The notes: generated by a model from the letters alone, not told the origin. Counted from the first letter of the stretch, positions 49,475-63,300 are shown. The stretch: 64,000 nt of DNA from Anthoceros angustus (GCA_010909165.1 MU008173.1:434001-498000), one strand, 5' to 3'. Numbers and translations: made by a program.

Positions 49475-50746
49475 ATGCCCGCCCCCTTACTCCTGCGCAA
49501 CGTGCTCCTGATTCTCGCCACTTGCCTCGTCCTTGTCACAAACGGAGTTCAGGCTGCTGGAGGACGGGAGGGATTGAAATTCATCCTGACTGACTGGGAG
49601 CATGGAGAGTTTCTGCAGGCTGGAGGCTTGAGCGGTATTGGTGGTGTCGGGGACGAGGTGTGGGGTGGCTGGGTGGTGAGGATGGTGTGCTTTTCGGGAG
49701 CCCTGGAGGTGACTTGTGGGGGCTCTGTGGCTGGGGCGCGGGGGAAGGATGGTGGGTTGGTGCGGGGATGTGGGTGGGTGCTGCATCGCAAGGGAAATTT
49801 GCTGACAATTCAGAATGGGTTTGGTGGGTTGCACGCGGGTTGCAGCCAGGAGGTGAGTGTTAGTGGGATGAGGTTGGGACGCGGGGCGGCCAGGGGGAGG
49901 GTGGCGGATGGGTTTGCCCGCCAGCGTTTGTGTGTTCGGATGAGGAGTGGGCAGGACGAGGAGCCCGAGAAGGAGAAGTTTGTGGGCGACAAGCAGGTGC
50001 AGGATCGGTTGGTGAAGATGGTGAGGCTGCAGACTGGGAAAATGCGTGTCAGCGAGTTTGTGGATGAGAGATCTAGTTACTTGACGGATTTAGCAGAGCA
50101 GGCCAAGGCGGAAACGTACAAGATTGCTGAAGACACCATGCGAGGGATGGATGAAGCTGGGTCGAAGGTGCGTTCCGAGTCAATCCTCTTTTGTTGAGTC
50201 CGTGTGAAGTATGCTTGCTCCCCGGGGCAGTACTTGGGAAGCAGGGGACCTGAGAGCTGACGCATTTGCAGTTTCAATTTGCAGGTATTGAAAAGGGTGG
50301 AGGCCGATGCGCAGGCATTTGAGGATGAATTGGCATCCACGAGGGCTGAGATCGAGGCAAAGGAGAAGGAATTTGAGGAGTTTGAAAAAAATGTACAGAA
50401 TGCACGAAGTGAGGGGCTGTTTTTCAAAAGCCTGTATAAGCCCATCAAGTCTTGGAAGAAGAGGAGCCCGGAAGAGCGGAAGGCCATAGAGGAACAGGCA
50501 GCAGCGATTGCAGAGCTGACCAAGATGTCAGCAGGATCCAGATCTAGAAGGTATCTGTATGGGGTGCTCATTTTCCTTCTCACCCTCACGTTGATGGAAA
50601 CGGTTTCAGCAGGGGATTTCAATTTTACAAAGTTCTCCATCTATGCCGGAGTCCTGGCATTTCTGCTCCTGCAGTTCTCCTTCGAGAAGTCCCTTGCCTC
50701 TGGCACAGAAGATCGGGTTCCCAAGGAGGAGGAAAAGGATCATTGA
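49475..50746 (+). CDS. Putative plastid membrane protein (coiled coil plus two C-terminal TM helices); start uncertain
   Basis: Exon to 50167, GT-AG intron 50168-50284, exon 50285-50746 in frame. Contains a coiled coil, GLFFKSLY and two hydrophobic segments. The N-terminus looks like a transit peptide. Confidence 0.75.
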
Positions 50747-50970
50747 TGCATTACTTGGATGAATACGTGGATTGCAGCCAGCAGATAACGGGTTTCCAAG
50801 TCTGCACTCTGATCGATTATGGACGCATGAAGAGTCAGTCCATGATGGAGGTCAGCTTCACTTTAAGTGTGTACAGGGCTTCTTATATTTGTCTCCCTCG
50901 TCGCAAATAGTGCGCTCTTAACATCATTGGCATGTTTATTGTCTGCCGCCTGAACTTGTTGTAATATACT

Positions 50971-51683
50971 TCACAGAAAAAGCCCGTAGATGGTAACAAT
51001 ACAGTACATTGTCTTGTTCTCCCAGCGAATTGTGCGACTGCCTGCACAAGAAACATCAAAAGGCGGTTATTCTGAGTTCATGTCATAGCAAACAACTGCA
51101 CAGGGTAAGATGGCTCTAGACCATCCACAATAGGATCCCAGTAGCACGACGTGGCAGTGATCATTCCTGCTCCGTTCTTCTGCATCAGGATGCACGTCAC
51201 TGCAGTGCAATGCAAGGAAACCAGATGAGCGTTTCAGGAGCTTGAGCGAAGGGCCACATCTGAAGGATCAGGATTTTGTGTTTGTACCAACATATTTGAA
51301 TGGTTTGTCCAGTGAAGCTAGTCTTAGCATAGATATCTCAACAACACGAGCTGCCCAAATGCCAACCTGCAGCTTGGGATGAGGGTTACGGCAACATCCA
51401 GCGTGCTGAAGTAGAGCGCAACTGGCGTAACATTGCATTTGCCCCACAAGGAATAGAACCAGTACCTTTGCATGATTGTAAGGATTGCTGCCAATGGCCT
51501 CGTCTATGGAATCTTTGATGATAATATTTATCTCGTCGGCTACGAAGGTGGCCTGCGACAATTTTACGATGGGTGGCATGTATTTCATTGTGTTTCACAG
51601 TTTTCTAGCATCGGAGACTCATGGATCCTTGTAACGCAACTCACATCATCCGCGGACTTGACGGAGGTTCCTCCGTCGGCCAT
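50971..51683 (-). CDS. DYNLT1: Tctex1-type dynein light chain (5 exons, 117 aa)
   Basis: Exons 51683-51645, 51552-51466, 51366-51288, 51199-51122 and 51041-50971 total 354 nt in frame. Motifs [25 protein letters not shown] and [14 protein letters not shown]. Confidence 0.93.
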
Positions 51684-52180
51684 GAAACAAACTCTGAATC
51701 AGCGATGTGATTGAGAGTCTACAAGATGTTATGTGCCCCGTCAACCAGGCTCACACCGCCCTTATGGTGCGTTAGAGAACCTCCATTCCAAGTCCTCAAG
51801 TAATGGCCCTATCATACTTTCATCCATTTGAAGAAGGGTAGAGAACGCCATGGCAGACGGTAGCTCAGATTAGGTCTGAAGAAAACAGTGAGGAGAAACA
51901 GTTACAAATTCAAACGGGTGAAAGGGGCAGTTAGACTGAAGGAAAGGCAATTGCCTCAAGAAAACAGCCTGAACAAAAAACGTTCTGTTCATAAAAACAT
52001 ACAGCCTAAAGCGTTGCGTCATGAGCAATGTATTCTCATCACAGAGGTCACAGTGGTGAGCAAACTGAATTGCGGGCGTGAAATCCTACAACGCAAGCCC
52101 AAATCTGTGTTGCGCTAACAAGTTATTTGCTGAGCAAGGAGGCTTCTCTACTTCGATCCCCACAAGCTACTTTCCATCAA

Positions 52181-52600
52181 TCACTGGCCCGGGGCAAAGG
52201 CTTCCACGTTGAACGTCTTGGTGACGCCTGCGAAAGCCCTGAAGTGGATCTTATCAGTCGGGGGGTTGTCCACGGAGATATCCCCAATAGACACCCAGAG
52301 GAGAAACTCCTTCGCCTTCACTCCAGTTAGCTTCTTCAGGTGCCCCTTCTCCAGGAAGGCCTGCACTTCGGTGCCGTAGCTCACAAGCTTTCCGGCAAGC
52401 TTGAACTGGTGAGTGATGGGCGCCTTCTGCTTGATCCACACGAATCCCGTTTCTGGAATATAGCCGCTCTCCACCACATCTTTCAATGGGAGGAGCCCGC
52501 CGGGCAGGCCGAAGGATTGAATCAGATCCACAGCCTTGGTCAGAGCCTCCGGCCCCCTGGACACCTCCGCTTTGGAGAGGTCCTGGCTACCGTCGGCCAT
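52181..52600 (-). CDS. DUF538 family protein (intronless)
   Basis: FGLPGGLLPL, SGYIPETGFVWIKQK, VSYGTEV, LKKLTGVKAKEFLLWVSI, KTFNVEAF. Confidence 0.93.
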   Translation of the reverse strand: MADGSQDLSKAEVSRGPEALTKAVDLIQSFGLPGGLLPLKDVVESGYIPETGFVWIKQKAPITHQFKLAGKLVSYGTEVQAFLEKGHLKKLTGVKAKEFLLWVSIGDISVDNPPTDKIHFRAFAGVTKTFNVEAFAPGQ

Positions 52601-53079
52601 GCTAACCAACGAGCGGCGCTGCAAGCAGATTCAGATCAGAGGATCGGAGCCGCAGGCAATAACTTGAAGCCACAGGCAGAAACAATTGGCCCTCTGGAAG
52701 TGCCTGCTGCAGAGGCTGGTGAACAGCAAGAACACAGCAAATTGCAATTCGATGCAAGAAAGCAAGAAGCTAGTTGTCTGACCAGCAACAACCAGAGGTA
52801 GATGCAAGGAAAGCTTTGCGGGGGAGCAGGGTTCTGCCAGGCTACAGGGTTTTGCCAGGGCGTGCAAAGTACATGAAACTGCCACCTACCCAAGTACAGA
52901 ACCTATTCCGTTTCGCTGGCACTGAAGCTTTGCGCCATCTACTCCTCACGCTTCCATTATTATAGCCACCTGCGAGACATTGATTTATGCTGCGCCTCCC
53001 GTGCTTGTGGTTGTAGTACCTAGACGTGACAGAAGGCCTACTCACAATGTGCCACAACGCAAAGAGAGCAAGCTAGGTG

Positions 53080-56000
53080 TATATGTGCCGTACCCACGGG
53101 GACTATGTATTGCGAATGAGAGAAGTCGTGAAAGAGCTTTATAGGTGGTCTTTGTTTAATAAGGGAAAAAACGATGGGAAAAAGCCCATCCAGCACGGGA
53201 CAACCAAAGAGGACTTAAGGGTCAAGATGAAACTGCTCCAAGACCTTCATATGCAGAAAGAACAAAAGGCCTGTAAACCACTGAGGAAGAGGAAAAGCGT
53301 TGCCGCCTTGTGATGGATTACCATCGAGAGAGCCCTTTGAAGGGCAATGGAGGAAGAAGCATCGCCGCCTCGTGAAGGATAACCGTCGAGAGAGCCCTTG
53401 AAGGGCAATGGAGACCCGATGTCTGAAGTAAGTTATCATACGTCTCAAGTGCAAGTGGGATAAAGAGGTGGTCTACTTGCATTCCTCTATACTTCCTGAC
53501 CTTGAGAGCCACAGCTTCTATGGCAACCCAACCAAGACGATTAGTGATGACCTAAGCGGAGTAAGTGTCGCGAGCAGGGTCAGTAACCACCACTTCGGCC
53601 ACCGAGATTTGGTCACCACGAATAAGGTACAAGTGAGCCCTGATTGAGCAACTTGTACGAAGAGTGTACCCTCGCTCCCTCCAGGCCATGTAGCTGCTTT
53701 CGCGAGCCGTGGCAAACATGACATCACGAACTGCGTCGTGGATGGTGATACAGTGACCCCCATGGGGACAACGACCAAGGTGTACCCCAGAGTCATCGAG
53801 GGCAGAGCCGCACTCGCAGGTAAGGAGGGAAGACGCCACATGCAGGAGCAGGCTAAGACGGAATCGCATCGCAATAGGTGAAGGTGGTTGGTGCAACAAC
53901 AAAACCTCGGATACATGGACAAGCCAGAAGCCAAGTGCCTGCGCCCTTACCAGAAGAAGACCGAAGCCAAGCTCTCATAGACCTCGGTATGGAGGAGACC
54001 AGGAGGACGAACCTGTAAAGCTTGGTGAGCACCTCGCGACGCCGCAACCCCGCTTGAGATGAAAAGTTGAGAAAGGGGTACCCCGCCTAGCATCCATCCT
54101 GGCAGGCTGAGGAATTGGAGGGAAGGTTCCCTCCTCCACACCATAAACGAGTTCCTCTACAAAAGGCCGGTCCTAGAGGATGCAGCGAAAGGCCAAGGCA
54201 GGGGCTGACAGGGCCCATCTCTCCAAAAAAGCTGTCGGGGAAGGAACCTCGAGTGAGAATAGGCCAATGCCCCCGAATTGCACTGGCACGAACGCTTGCC
54301 AGCGGGCCAAATCGCCCGCAAGGCACTCAAAAGCCCCTGGGCCCATGATGTCCCTAAGAGTGTCCATAATCTTCCTATTAAACCCTTGCAACAAAGACAG
54401 AAGAACCTGAGATGGGGGCAACGTGCGAGTGAGGTAGCCAGGGCACCTAGTAAAACAGGAGGAAAGAATTCCAAAGGCCACTTGAGCATCCCCCAACAGA
54501 GGGAGGTCCTTGACATGGGATAGGTCTTCCTGGAGAGCCTGGTCCAGGAAGCTCCCAATGAATCAAGGGAGCCGAAGGGGACTTCCAAAATCCAAGGCCG
54601 GAGCAATCTCCCCAGCAGGGAACTGCAAAGTAGGGAGGATGTCCGACGGGGACTAGACACGGCACTTGGAGAGCTTGACCTTCAAGCTAAACAAAGAGAG
54701 CTTATGGGAGAAGAGCTCGAAGGCCTCCTTGACCTTGTCCCTAGGCCCGAGGATGTGAGAGTCGTTTGCCAGCGATGGGAAGACACAGTCGCGCGCGGAG
54801 AAAGCGGCCCTGGATGGGGCCTTGTAGTGAGCGATGGAAAAGAGAGGACCGCCTATAGGGTCATCTTGGCTAATGCCTATGGCCGATTCCAAGATGGAGA
54901 CGGAAAATCCTGAAGATATGTTCTTGTGCTAATAATAGAGATTGAAAGACCTCCTGTAGAAGCACCGGACAAAAGGGATAAGGCTCCCTAGGACATCACT
55001 AGCGTCCTTGAGCTGCTCGAAGATGACGCTCCTGGAAATGGTATTGAGGTGTTCTCAACATCTACCTGTAAGACCACCCACTCTGGGTGGGTGTCAAAGC
55101 ATGTCTGCACACCAAATACCACACACTCGTAACACCCCGAAGTGATGATGCCAAATTGAAGGGTGTTAAGGTGCTAGTAGAGGAGGGAGTGGCACTGAAG
55201 GGCAATAGTACGACTGAGAAGCCGCATGAAGGCTTTCCCGACCACAAGTGGATGCACACCAAAGCCTGGGGTAGGATTGTTCATTGTGACTAGTGTGCTA
55301 GCTGCAAGGACTTGAGAGATCCAAAGAGGCGTTTCTCCCCGCGCCACAGTAGCAACCAGGGAAAAGAGCTCATGGAAGCCGCTGAATGGGTCTTTAGAGA
55401 GAAAAAGGTCCATAAGATGTTCAAACACCATTCCACATAGTCCGGCAAAAGAAAGACGTAGGCGAGAGAGGAGCCGTTTTATCGGTCCATGTAGAAAGGT
55501 CCTCGTGACACTGTCGAGTATGTCCGAGGGGATGGAATCCTTAAGGGTTGGATGGAGGGCATAAAGCACTGCAATGGTCTCCTCAGAAGCAAAGGCTTCG
55601 GGGCTGGATGGAGGGTGCGAAGTGCCACAATGGTCTAGATCTCCTCAATAGTAGGGAGTAAAGAAAGGAGGCGTAGAGCCCTAATAGCATGGGCATATTC
55701 ACTTGCTTAACCTAACAACTTGCATTGCCATAGGTTGGCAGCCACACTCAGGGCTTATTCCATATGCAGTGCGGATTTTGCCCAAGCCTTGAAAGCCTCG
55801 CAAAGCCTCCTCCTGACGAGACACCCAATCTCCAGCCCGAAAGCGACGGAGACGAATGGCGACCTTCTGATGACCTGAAGCCCCACCTCGAGTACAACGC
55901 AAACATTAGTGGGGCAAAAGCAAAAGAAGACACCAAGCCAGCTCGTTCTGGGAGTCGAGCGCAAGACGATCTAGAGAGAGACAGAATGCCAAGTGGGCAT

Positions 56001-56420
56001 AATCATGGAGGTGCCTGGGGCTTCTGCGGAGGATACGCGGGTGTGGACAACAGAGTCTCCTTGGGGTTAGGAAATAAGCTGGGTTTGTTTTTTTTTCGTA
56101 GGTATGGAGTGTAAAATAAGGCGAAAAGAGAGGAATAAGCACGGGTGACTTTTCAGGACTCCGGGTAAATGTGGACAGCCTCGGAGGACCTCCGACATAC
56201 GCACCGAGTATCGGATAAGTTCGACCCCTCGGGTCAAAACGGATAAATGCATGAAGGTAACAGTTGGAGCGTAGGACAGGCGGCGCCACGTGGATGGTAT
56301 CTTGAGTGGTAGACGGGCATGCAGCAGGCCGTAGCATTGCCGATGGCGTTATAGCGGTGTTCACGCCTGGCTGTACAAGGCCGGAAGTAGGCGAAGCGTA
56401 CAGGCGAGAGTAAGCCATCT
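53080..56420 (-). mobile_element. Non-LTR retrotransposon with restriction-like endonuclease (CRE/SLACS-like clade), degenerate
   Basis: RT motifs VHPLVVGKAFMRLLSR, HPEWVVLQVDVEN, GISQDDPIGGPLF, FPSLANDSHILG and VPVQFGGIGL. Zn knuckle plus RLE: TCECG...HLGRCPHGG...IHDAVRD...VVVTDP, then HRVSIALQ. Ends are approximate. Confidence 0.8.
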
Positions 56421-59400
56421 GAGACTCATGATTCAGACAAAGAGCCGCCCCCAGCAGCGCCGGAGAGAAGCGAGGCGGAGGTCATTCTTCAACAACTTCA
56501 GCGAGTTTCGCATTCTCTCGGCCTTTCAGACACCCGCTCTCTGGCGTTGTGATCACTCCGGCTTAGGCGCTTTGACTTGGCGAGTAAAGCGACACCGCGG
56601 CTGAGGCGAGGTGGGGACGCCTCGGCCAGAGACGAGAAGGAGTGCGAAGATGGGACCCAAGAAAGCGGCGGAGGCATGGGGAGCCATGGCGCTTGGTGGA
56701 GCACAACATCATCACCAAGCGCTACCGGACTTGGTCCGGCCTGGAGGAGGCGGGGTGGTGAAGGAATGGCACTGGACATTTTCCGGGGCCGTCGGACCGA
56801 CGGCTTAGTCGAGATGCTGAAAATGTTGGCGGCCAACAAGGAGGTCCGGTCCAAGAACTGGAGGACCCTAGGAGGTGGACTGTGGAGGTCCTGAGGCGGT
56901 TTACAACCAGCCGGAAGAAATTGGGGTTCCGAGCCCCTCAAGGCAAAAGGAAAGATAGGCGGCAAAGGCGGCAATCGAAGCGAGGCAACGAACAACCAAC
57001 GTGGTGATGTCGGACTGGAGCGGAGAGGTGCGGCGTGGCGGGATCATTGTCCCGGAACATGCTCACCAAGGTAGATCACCTTGGTAACAATCACCAGTGT
57101 TCAGCATGCTCTGCTGAGAGAGGAAAGAGGCGGGGCGGGAGGATCATCTTCGCCGGGGTTCAGGAAGCTGCGAGGTGCCAGCCCCTCGTCGGCGTTATCG
57201 CTTTTGATTCATGTGGGGCACGCGAACCTCCGAAGGATGGTGAAGAGGAACGCACCGGTACCGCCGCCTACCGGAAAGAGGGAAGAGCGAGGCAGGGCCC
57301 GCCCCCGAGTAAGAGGGTCCGGAGGAGGACGACCGGGAGGATTCCGACTCCATACGCCTGAGCGACCCCCGCCACCGGAAGTGTGGGAGGACATCCCCGC
57401 CTCCTCGTGGTGCCCCACCGAGCAGAAGAGGCGGCCACAGATGGAGTGGCGCGCCCGCTGGGCCACCACCATGACAACATCGAACCCCGACGGACTGCCG
57501 AACCAAGAGGCGGAAGACGGTGTCAACGCAAAGACCTGACGGGCCTGTGTTCTTGCCCCCGCCAACGGAGTGGCAAGAAGTGAGGAGGTCAGGCGGGAGG
57601 CTGAGAGGGACGCGCCCAAGGAGCGGGAGGCACGGCAGCACCTCACCCGGAGCCTGCCTTGTCTCCGAACGGGAGGCAAAAGGGCTGCCCCGACCCCTCT
57701 TCACCACCTCCGAGCCCTGGAGGAAAAGAGGAGAAGGAGTTAGCCAAGAGGGCTAGGAAGGGAGGCGCTGACCATAGCACCTGGGACCTAAGAGTCCCGA
57801 TTAGGTCCGAGAGCCCATCCGACTCGCCTCCCGGACATGATGGCGGTCCTGACGGATCAGAGATGCCCGCCCACGCCAGACTTCGGCATCTCACGCGGCC
57901 GTGGAAGAAACGGCGAAGTTCTCGCCACTGGCCATGGACGGTATGCTTTGGGGTCTCATGAACAAATGAGAAGACCCAAGAAGTGGAGGCCACCCATGGA
58001 GGATGGTGGAGCTCAAGGGGCGGTAGAGGCGCCCAGAGGCGAAGAAGAAGGCAGAGTCCCTCGCCGAATCGAGGAAACGCCTGGAGGCGGAGCGAGAGGT
58101 CCGACTTGCCAAGACCGACTCAGGTCCTCCACATAACACCGAGGCATGCGCAGAGGCCCAAGCACGTCAAGACCTCTCGCAGAGGGGAGCAGCAGAGGCG
58201 GAGAGGCTCCAGCCGCCGAGGCGGCCCGACCGACCAACATCGACCAACGAGGCTCGTGAAGGCAGCCAGGAGGCGAAGCCATGGCGCATCGATCACCACC
58301 GACGGATCGGAATCCGGTGGAGGGAGACTACTGCAGCCGAGGCTAACTCAAGGCCGAACAGAGGCGCTGGAGCAAGCGGCCGAGCCGTGAGGAGGAATCG
58401 AGGTCAAGACCCGGAAATAGGGGACCTGTGGTGCAAACAAGTAGGAGGCGTAAGAGCGGCGGCAGGAGCGAAGAAGGACACTCGGAGTCAACTCCAAGAC
58501 GACGGAAGGAGTAGGGATTCTCAACGAGAATCCAAGACTTCGAAGTGAGATAGAGCGCCCAGAAGACGGAGGAGAATAGGCGGTCCAAGGAGTTCGACGT
58601 CAGGTCAAGGGAGCCGGAGGAAGCCAGAGTTTGACGGGATACCGCCTGAGAAGGACGTGGCGAGCTGGAAAGGATGAACGGAGGAATGAGAGCTGGAGGA
58701 GGAGTGCAGGGTCGCTTGGTCCGGCATGAAGCAGAGGGTGAGCTCACCATATATGGCCAAAGAACCGTGAGCTAGAACGACGAAGGGAGGAGGAGACGGC
58801 CGAGCAAAGAAAGGTCGCAGGAGGTGTTTGGAGGCCGCCAAGGCGGCATCATGAGACCGCCTCCACAATTGGCAAGCCTGGAGACGGCCCAGGCCGACAA
58901 CATGCTCACCGCCGAGCACCTCCGAGGAGGGAGTACCGTGCCCGGCCCATGTAGAGGAGGCACCAACAAGTCGATTCCGACTTGCCTACTACCACGAGCT
59001 TCTCAAGGCTCTAGAGGTCTTGAGCCGCCCCTGGCAGAGGGCGGGCTTCAAGAGCCCAAGGAGGAGCAAGGAGGAAGGCCCTGTGATGCCCCACGGGACC
59101 TTAGGAGCTTGACTTTCAAGCAGCAGCGGGCGAGGGGAGCAATGGAAGAGCGAGGCGAAGGGAAGGTCACGCCCGAGGTAAGCACTCCGCACCTCACGGG
59201 AGAAGGGGAGGAGGGCCCCGAGGGCCGGAGAAGAAGGCGACTGGGCAACCTGAAGCACGGGGCTGGCATAACCCTTGAGAAGTCCAAATGAGGGGAAACC
59301 TGCAGCTGAGGTCCTGACTTTGTCCGGACAAGAACAGGCCAACCCCGATGTCCGGCCTCCTGAAGAAAGTCTCGACTCTGAGGTCCAGACTCTAGTGACA

Positions 59401-59950
59401 AGACGGACCTCAGTCCGGGCGCCGAGGGAGGGCCGTGGAGATCGACTCAGAGGCGCAGTCCGGACCCTAAGGTCCGGACTCCGGAAAGAAGACCGGACCC
59501 TGAGGTGCGGACTCCGGAAAGAAGACCGGACCTAGAGGTCCGGACTCCGAAGCCGAGACCGAACCCCGAGGTCCGGACTCCAGAAAGAAAACCGGACCTA
59601 GAGGTCCGGGCTCCGGAGTTGACACTGGACCCCGAGGTCCGGACTCAGGAGGTGAGGAGGAGCCCTCCGACTCACGCAGGGGAGTAACTACTGCCCACGG
59701 AGAGGACCCACTGGGGCTGTGGAGGAAGACGGTGTATCCGGGTCGATCACGCCGGAGCCCAACCTCGACAGTGATTCCGGAAGGGAAGGGGTCCCGCCCG
59801 CGAATCATCCGATTGCGCCCGAACCGCCGTGAGCTGGGATTGGGCCACCAAGACCGAGATGGGACCAAGGGCATCCTCAGCCCACCACCGACGACGGAGA
59901 TAGGAGGAAGGGAATAAGATGGTAGGCGGCCGATTATATACCGAAATGGC
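56420..59950 (+). mobile_element. Unclassified GC-rich, purine-biased repeat-like DNA, probably a retroelement accessory-ORF region
   Basis: Fragmented low-complexity ORFs with the same GA-rich strand bias as the Gypsy 3' regions. No RT or integrase motif seen. Confidence 0.35.
59460..59650 (+). repeat. 33-bp minisatellite, about 6 copies (encodes EVRTPE..PD repeats)
   Basis: Unit CCGGACCCTGAGGTCCGGACTCCGGAAAGAAGA; ORF 59505-59687. Confidence 0.85.
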
Positions 59951-60329
59951 CACCACTGTATTAGGTGTAATAAAGACGCCGACTTGGGCGTAGTATAAGA
60001 GGGCTGAGGCTACTCTAGTAAAGTGTGGAATGGGTTTTTGCATCCAAGACGCAAAGAGGCCACATTTACCTCTATGTCGTTATAGTCCTAGGATTCGATC
60101 CCAAGGGAATGGTTTTGTGTCAAGGTGTTCTAAATCTATGGATTCTAGACCTACCTCCGCACTACCCCACCTCTCCACCTACCCCAAACCCACCACTGTA
60201 GACTGGCCACCACGCTCCCACGTGGCGGGTCCCACCAGCCGCCTGTCGGGGTCTATTTGTCACCGGCCTCCGCACCTTGGGGCTATGGGCATGGACACCC
60301 ATATACACCTCACTCTACCTCTAGGAATT

Positions 60330-63300
60330 TCTGCGATTCCACCACACCCTCCCATTTCGATTTTCCCCTCACACACTCACAATCCCTCACAAGACTCATC
60401 TCTCCCTTGAACCTTTCTTCCTAATGAACTCCCCTCGCCTCACGGGCCACACAGACCCCTCCTTGGGCCACATGCCTCCTTGGGCCACACAGACTCCTTG
60501 GGCCACATGCACCTCCTCATGGAATGAACACACCGTGGCGCAGCTGGAGAGGATCAGAAAGAAAACCCCGGCGGTGCTTGGGCGATCCGCCTCCGCGCCT
60601 TCCGCACTCCTTTTCCTTCCCCGCCACCTCCGTCACCCCAGTGGAGCTTGGCCACCCGCCTCGACCATCCAGGATCTTCCCGGCCTTCTTGTGACGAGAA
60701 GGCGGTGCATCGAACGAGTTTGATGCCGATCGACGCTCCAATCAACCTCGCATAGCTTCAACACACGGAAGTTCACACCGAAATTGTCTCTGCTGAGAGA
60801 CTCTCAAGGGTCTCTTATACATTCACCGTGGATTTCCACCACTCCTACCAGTGTCTAGAAAATATGGCCCACTACCACGAGCGCCCTACCAATCAGAAAC
60901 AACCACGTCCTCAAAACATCCTATCCCCTACCCCAAAAAGCCTCGGCCTATGATGTCGCCTCCTAAAATCCTGGCCCGCTGTCGCCGCCTAGCCTGCGGG
61001 GGGACCCTCTCGCCTCGCCACGCCCGATCCGAGCGATTCTCCCCAAAACCTCCACCTCTCACCGCCTCAGCTTTCGCGCTTCCCATGGGCGTCGCCTATA
61101 GGCCCTAGGCCTCGTTATTCCGCCTCCTCATCGCCACACCCGTGCTCCTCCCTCCACGCTCGCCTCGCCATTTCTCGATCACCACTTGGGGTAGGCCCCG
61201 CTCCCGTTCGGAAGAACCACTGTAAACGCCTGGGCGGTCAAGATGTGCAGCCAATAGTTTCTCGCCTCCTCCCCACATACACTGTGAGCACTGAGCTGTG
61301 CGGCTGGGACATGCATCCTCCCCACCAGCACAATACTTCCGGGTAACTTCCCCACCTCGGTTCCTCCTTCCGCTCCGGAGCCGGCAGCCACCGTGGTGGT
61401 AGTTTCCACGGTGGTGGTTTTTCCGCACGGTTGCCGTGGCTCGCCTCTTCTTCTGCTTTGGCCACCTCTCTCTTGACTCGGCCCTAGCTTCATCTCTCTC
61501 GCTATATCTCTCCGCCGCCTTCTTGAATTTCTCGAGGCGCCATTGTTTCCATTTGTTCCCGGCTCGCGAGACCTCATCTTGAAGCTCTCAGGCATGCGCC
61601 CCTTGACCTGATTCACTAAGGCCTCCCTGAGTGGACATGGCCTTTGCTCACATGCCTTGCATAGGCCAAGACCCTGTCAAGGCCTCCTCGCCACCTTGTT
61701 CTCGCCTGTGCCTCCAACTTCTCCTTGAGCAACTTTTCCTGGGCCCGCACACTCGCCTGTGTGAGAGCCATGGTCGCTGATCGAGATCACCGCCTCGCCA
61801 TGGTCAAGTCAAACCTCGCAGATTCCCAATTGCCCCTGCCCATTCCCTTCCACAATACCTCGTGACGCGAGTGTCACCCGCCCACTTCACCGGACGGTCG
61901 GTGAAATGTCGCCAAAATGTTCCGGAGTCCGCCATGACTTGGCTAACTAACCTCTTCTTCTAGGGGTTGGTTTGCCACACTTCCCTCCTTACGCATTTCG
62001 ATTTCCCCTCACACTCTCACAATCCCTCCGCACTCATCTACCTTAGAACCTTTCTCTTCTAATGAACTCTCCCTCTCCTCACGGGCCACACAGACCCCTC
62101 CTTGGGCCACACAGACCCCTCCTTGGGCCACACAGACCCCTCCTTGGGCCACACAGACCCCTCCTTGGAATGAACACACAGTGGCGGCGGTTGGGAAGGA
62201 TCGGGAAAACCGGTCAGTGCTTGGGCGATTCGCCTTCCGGCAGTTCCGCCTCGGCCTTCCGCGGCAATTCCTACCTCTTTTCGTGGCGCTCGTCACCCAG
62301 TGGAGCTTGGCCACTCCTCTCGACCATCCGAGGATCTTCCGGCCTTCTTGTGTGAGAAGGCGGTGCATCGAGCAGTTTGATCTTGATCGTCTCCAATCAA
62401 CCTCGCGCATAGCTTCAACACGGAAGTTCACACACGAAATGTCATTGAGAGACTCTCAAGGGTCTCTTATACATTCATTGTGGTCCACACTCCTCTAGTG
62501 TCTAGAAAATATGGCCCACTACGGCGCTCTTCAATCTGACTCGGGGTCCTCAAAACATCCTATCCCCTACCCCAAAAAGCCTCGGCCTATGACTCTCCTC
62601 TCATAGCGGCCCTCGCGATTCTTTGCCTAGCCCTCCATGGGGTTCCGACTCGCTCTCACCTTGCGCCTCGATCCGGCGATTCTCCCCAAAACCTCCACCT
62701 CATCACTGCTGCAGTTTCTTGCGCCTTCCATGGGCGTCGTTGTCTATAGGCCCTAGGCACATATTCCGCTCCTCATCATTTGGACACCGTGTGCTCCTCC
62801 CTCCGCCACAGCTTGGCTCATTTCCTCGATCACCACTTGGGGTAGGCCCCGCTCCCGTTCGGAAGAACCAGCAGTGGCAGTGGCGTCAAGATGACCAAAT
62901 GGTTTACGCCCCCTCCCTCTCCTCCGTGGACAATCACAGTGCCTTGGGATTCGAGGATCTTCCTCCCTGCCCACTCTTGGCGGTGACTTCCCCACCTCGG
63001 TTCCTCCTTCCACGGCGGTGGCGGTTTAGCCACCGTGGTGGTAGTTTCCCCAGTGGTGGGCTCTGCGGTTCTTTGTGCTCTGCCCTTCTTGGTTTGGCCA
63101 CCTCTCTCTTGACTCGGCCCTAGCTTCATCTCTCTCGCTTGTATCTCATGACTTCTTGAATTTCTCCAAGGCGCCATTGTTTCCATTTGTTCCACAGGCT
63201 CGAGACCTCATCTTGAAGCTCTTCAATTGTGGCATCGCCCCTTGACTGATTACTAAGGCCTCTGTTGGGTGGACATGGCCTTTGCTCATGCCTTGCATAG

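Noticed and set aside
59460-62170. 33-bp and 21-bp repeats (also the 77-bp and about 70-bp repeats) as CRISPR arrays
   Set aside because: The units are directly adjacent with no unique spacers, no cas genes are present, and the context is eukaryotic.
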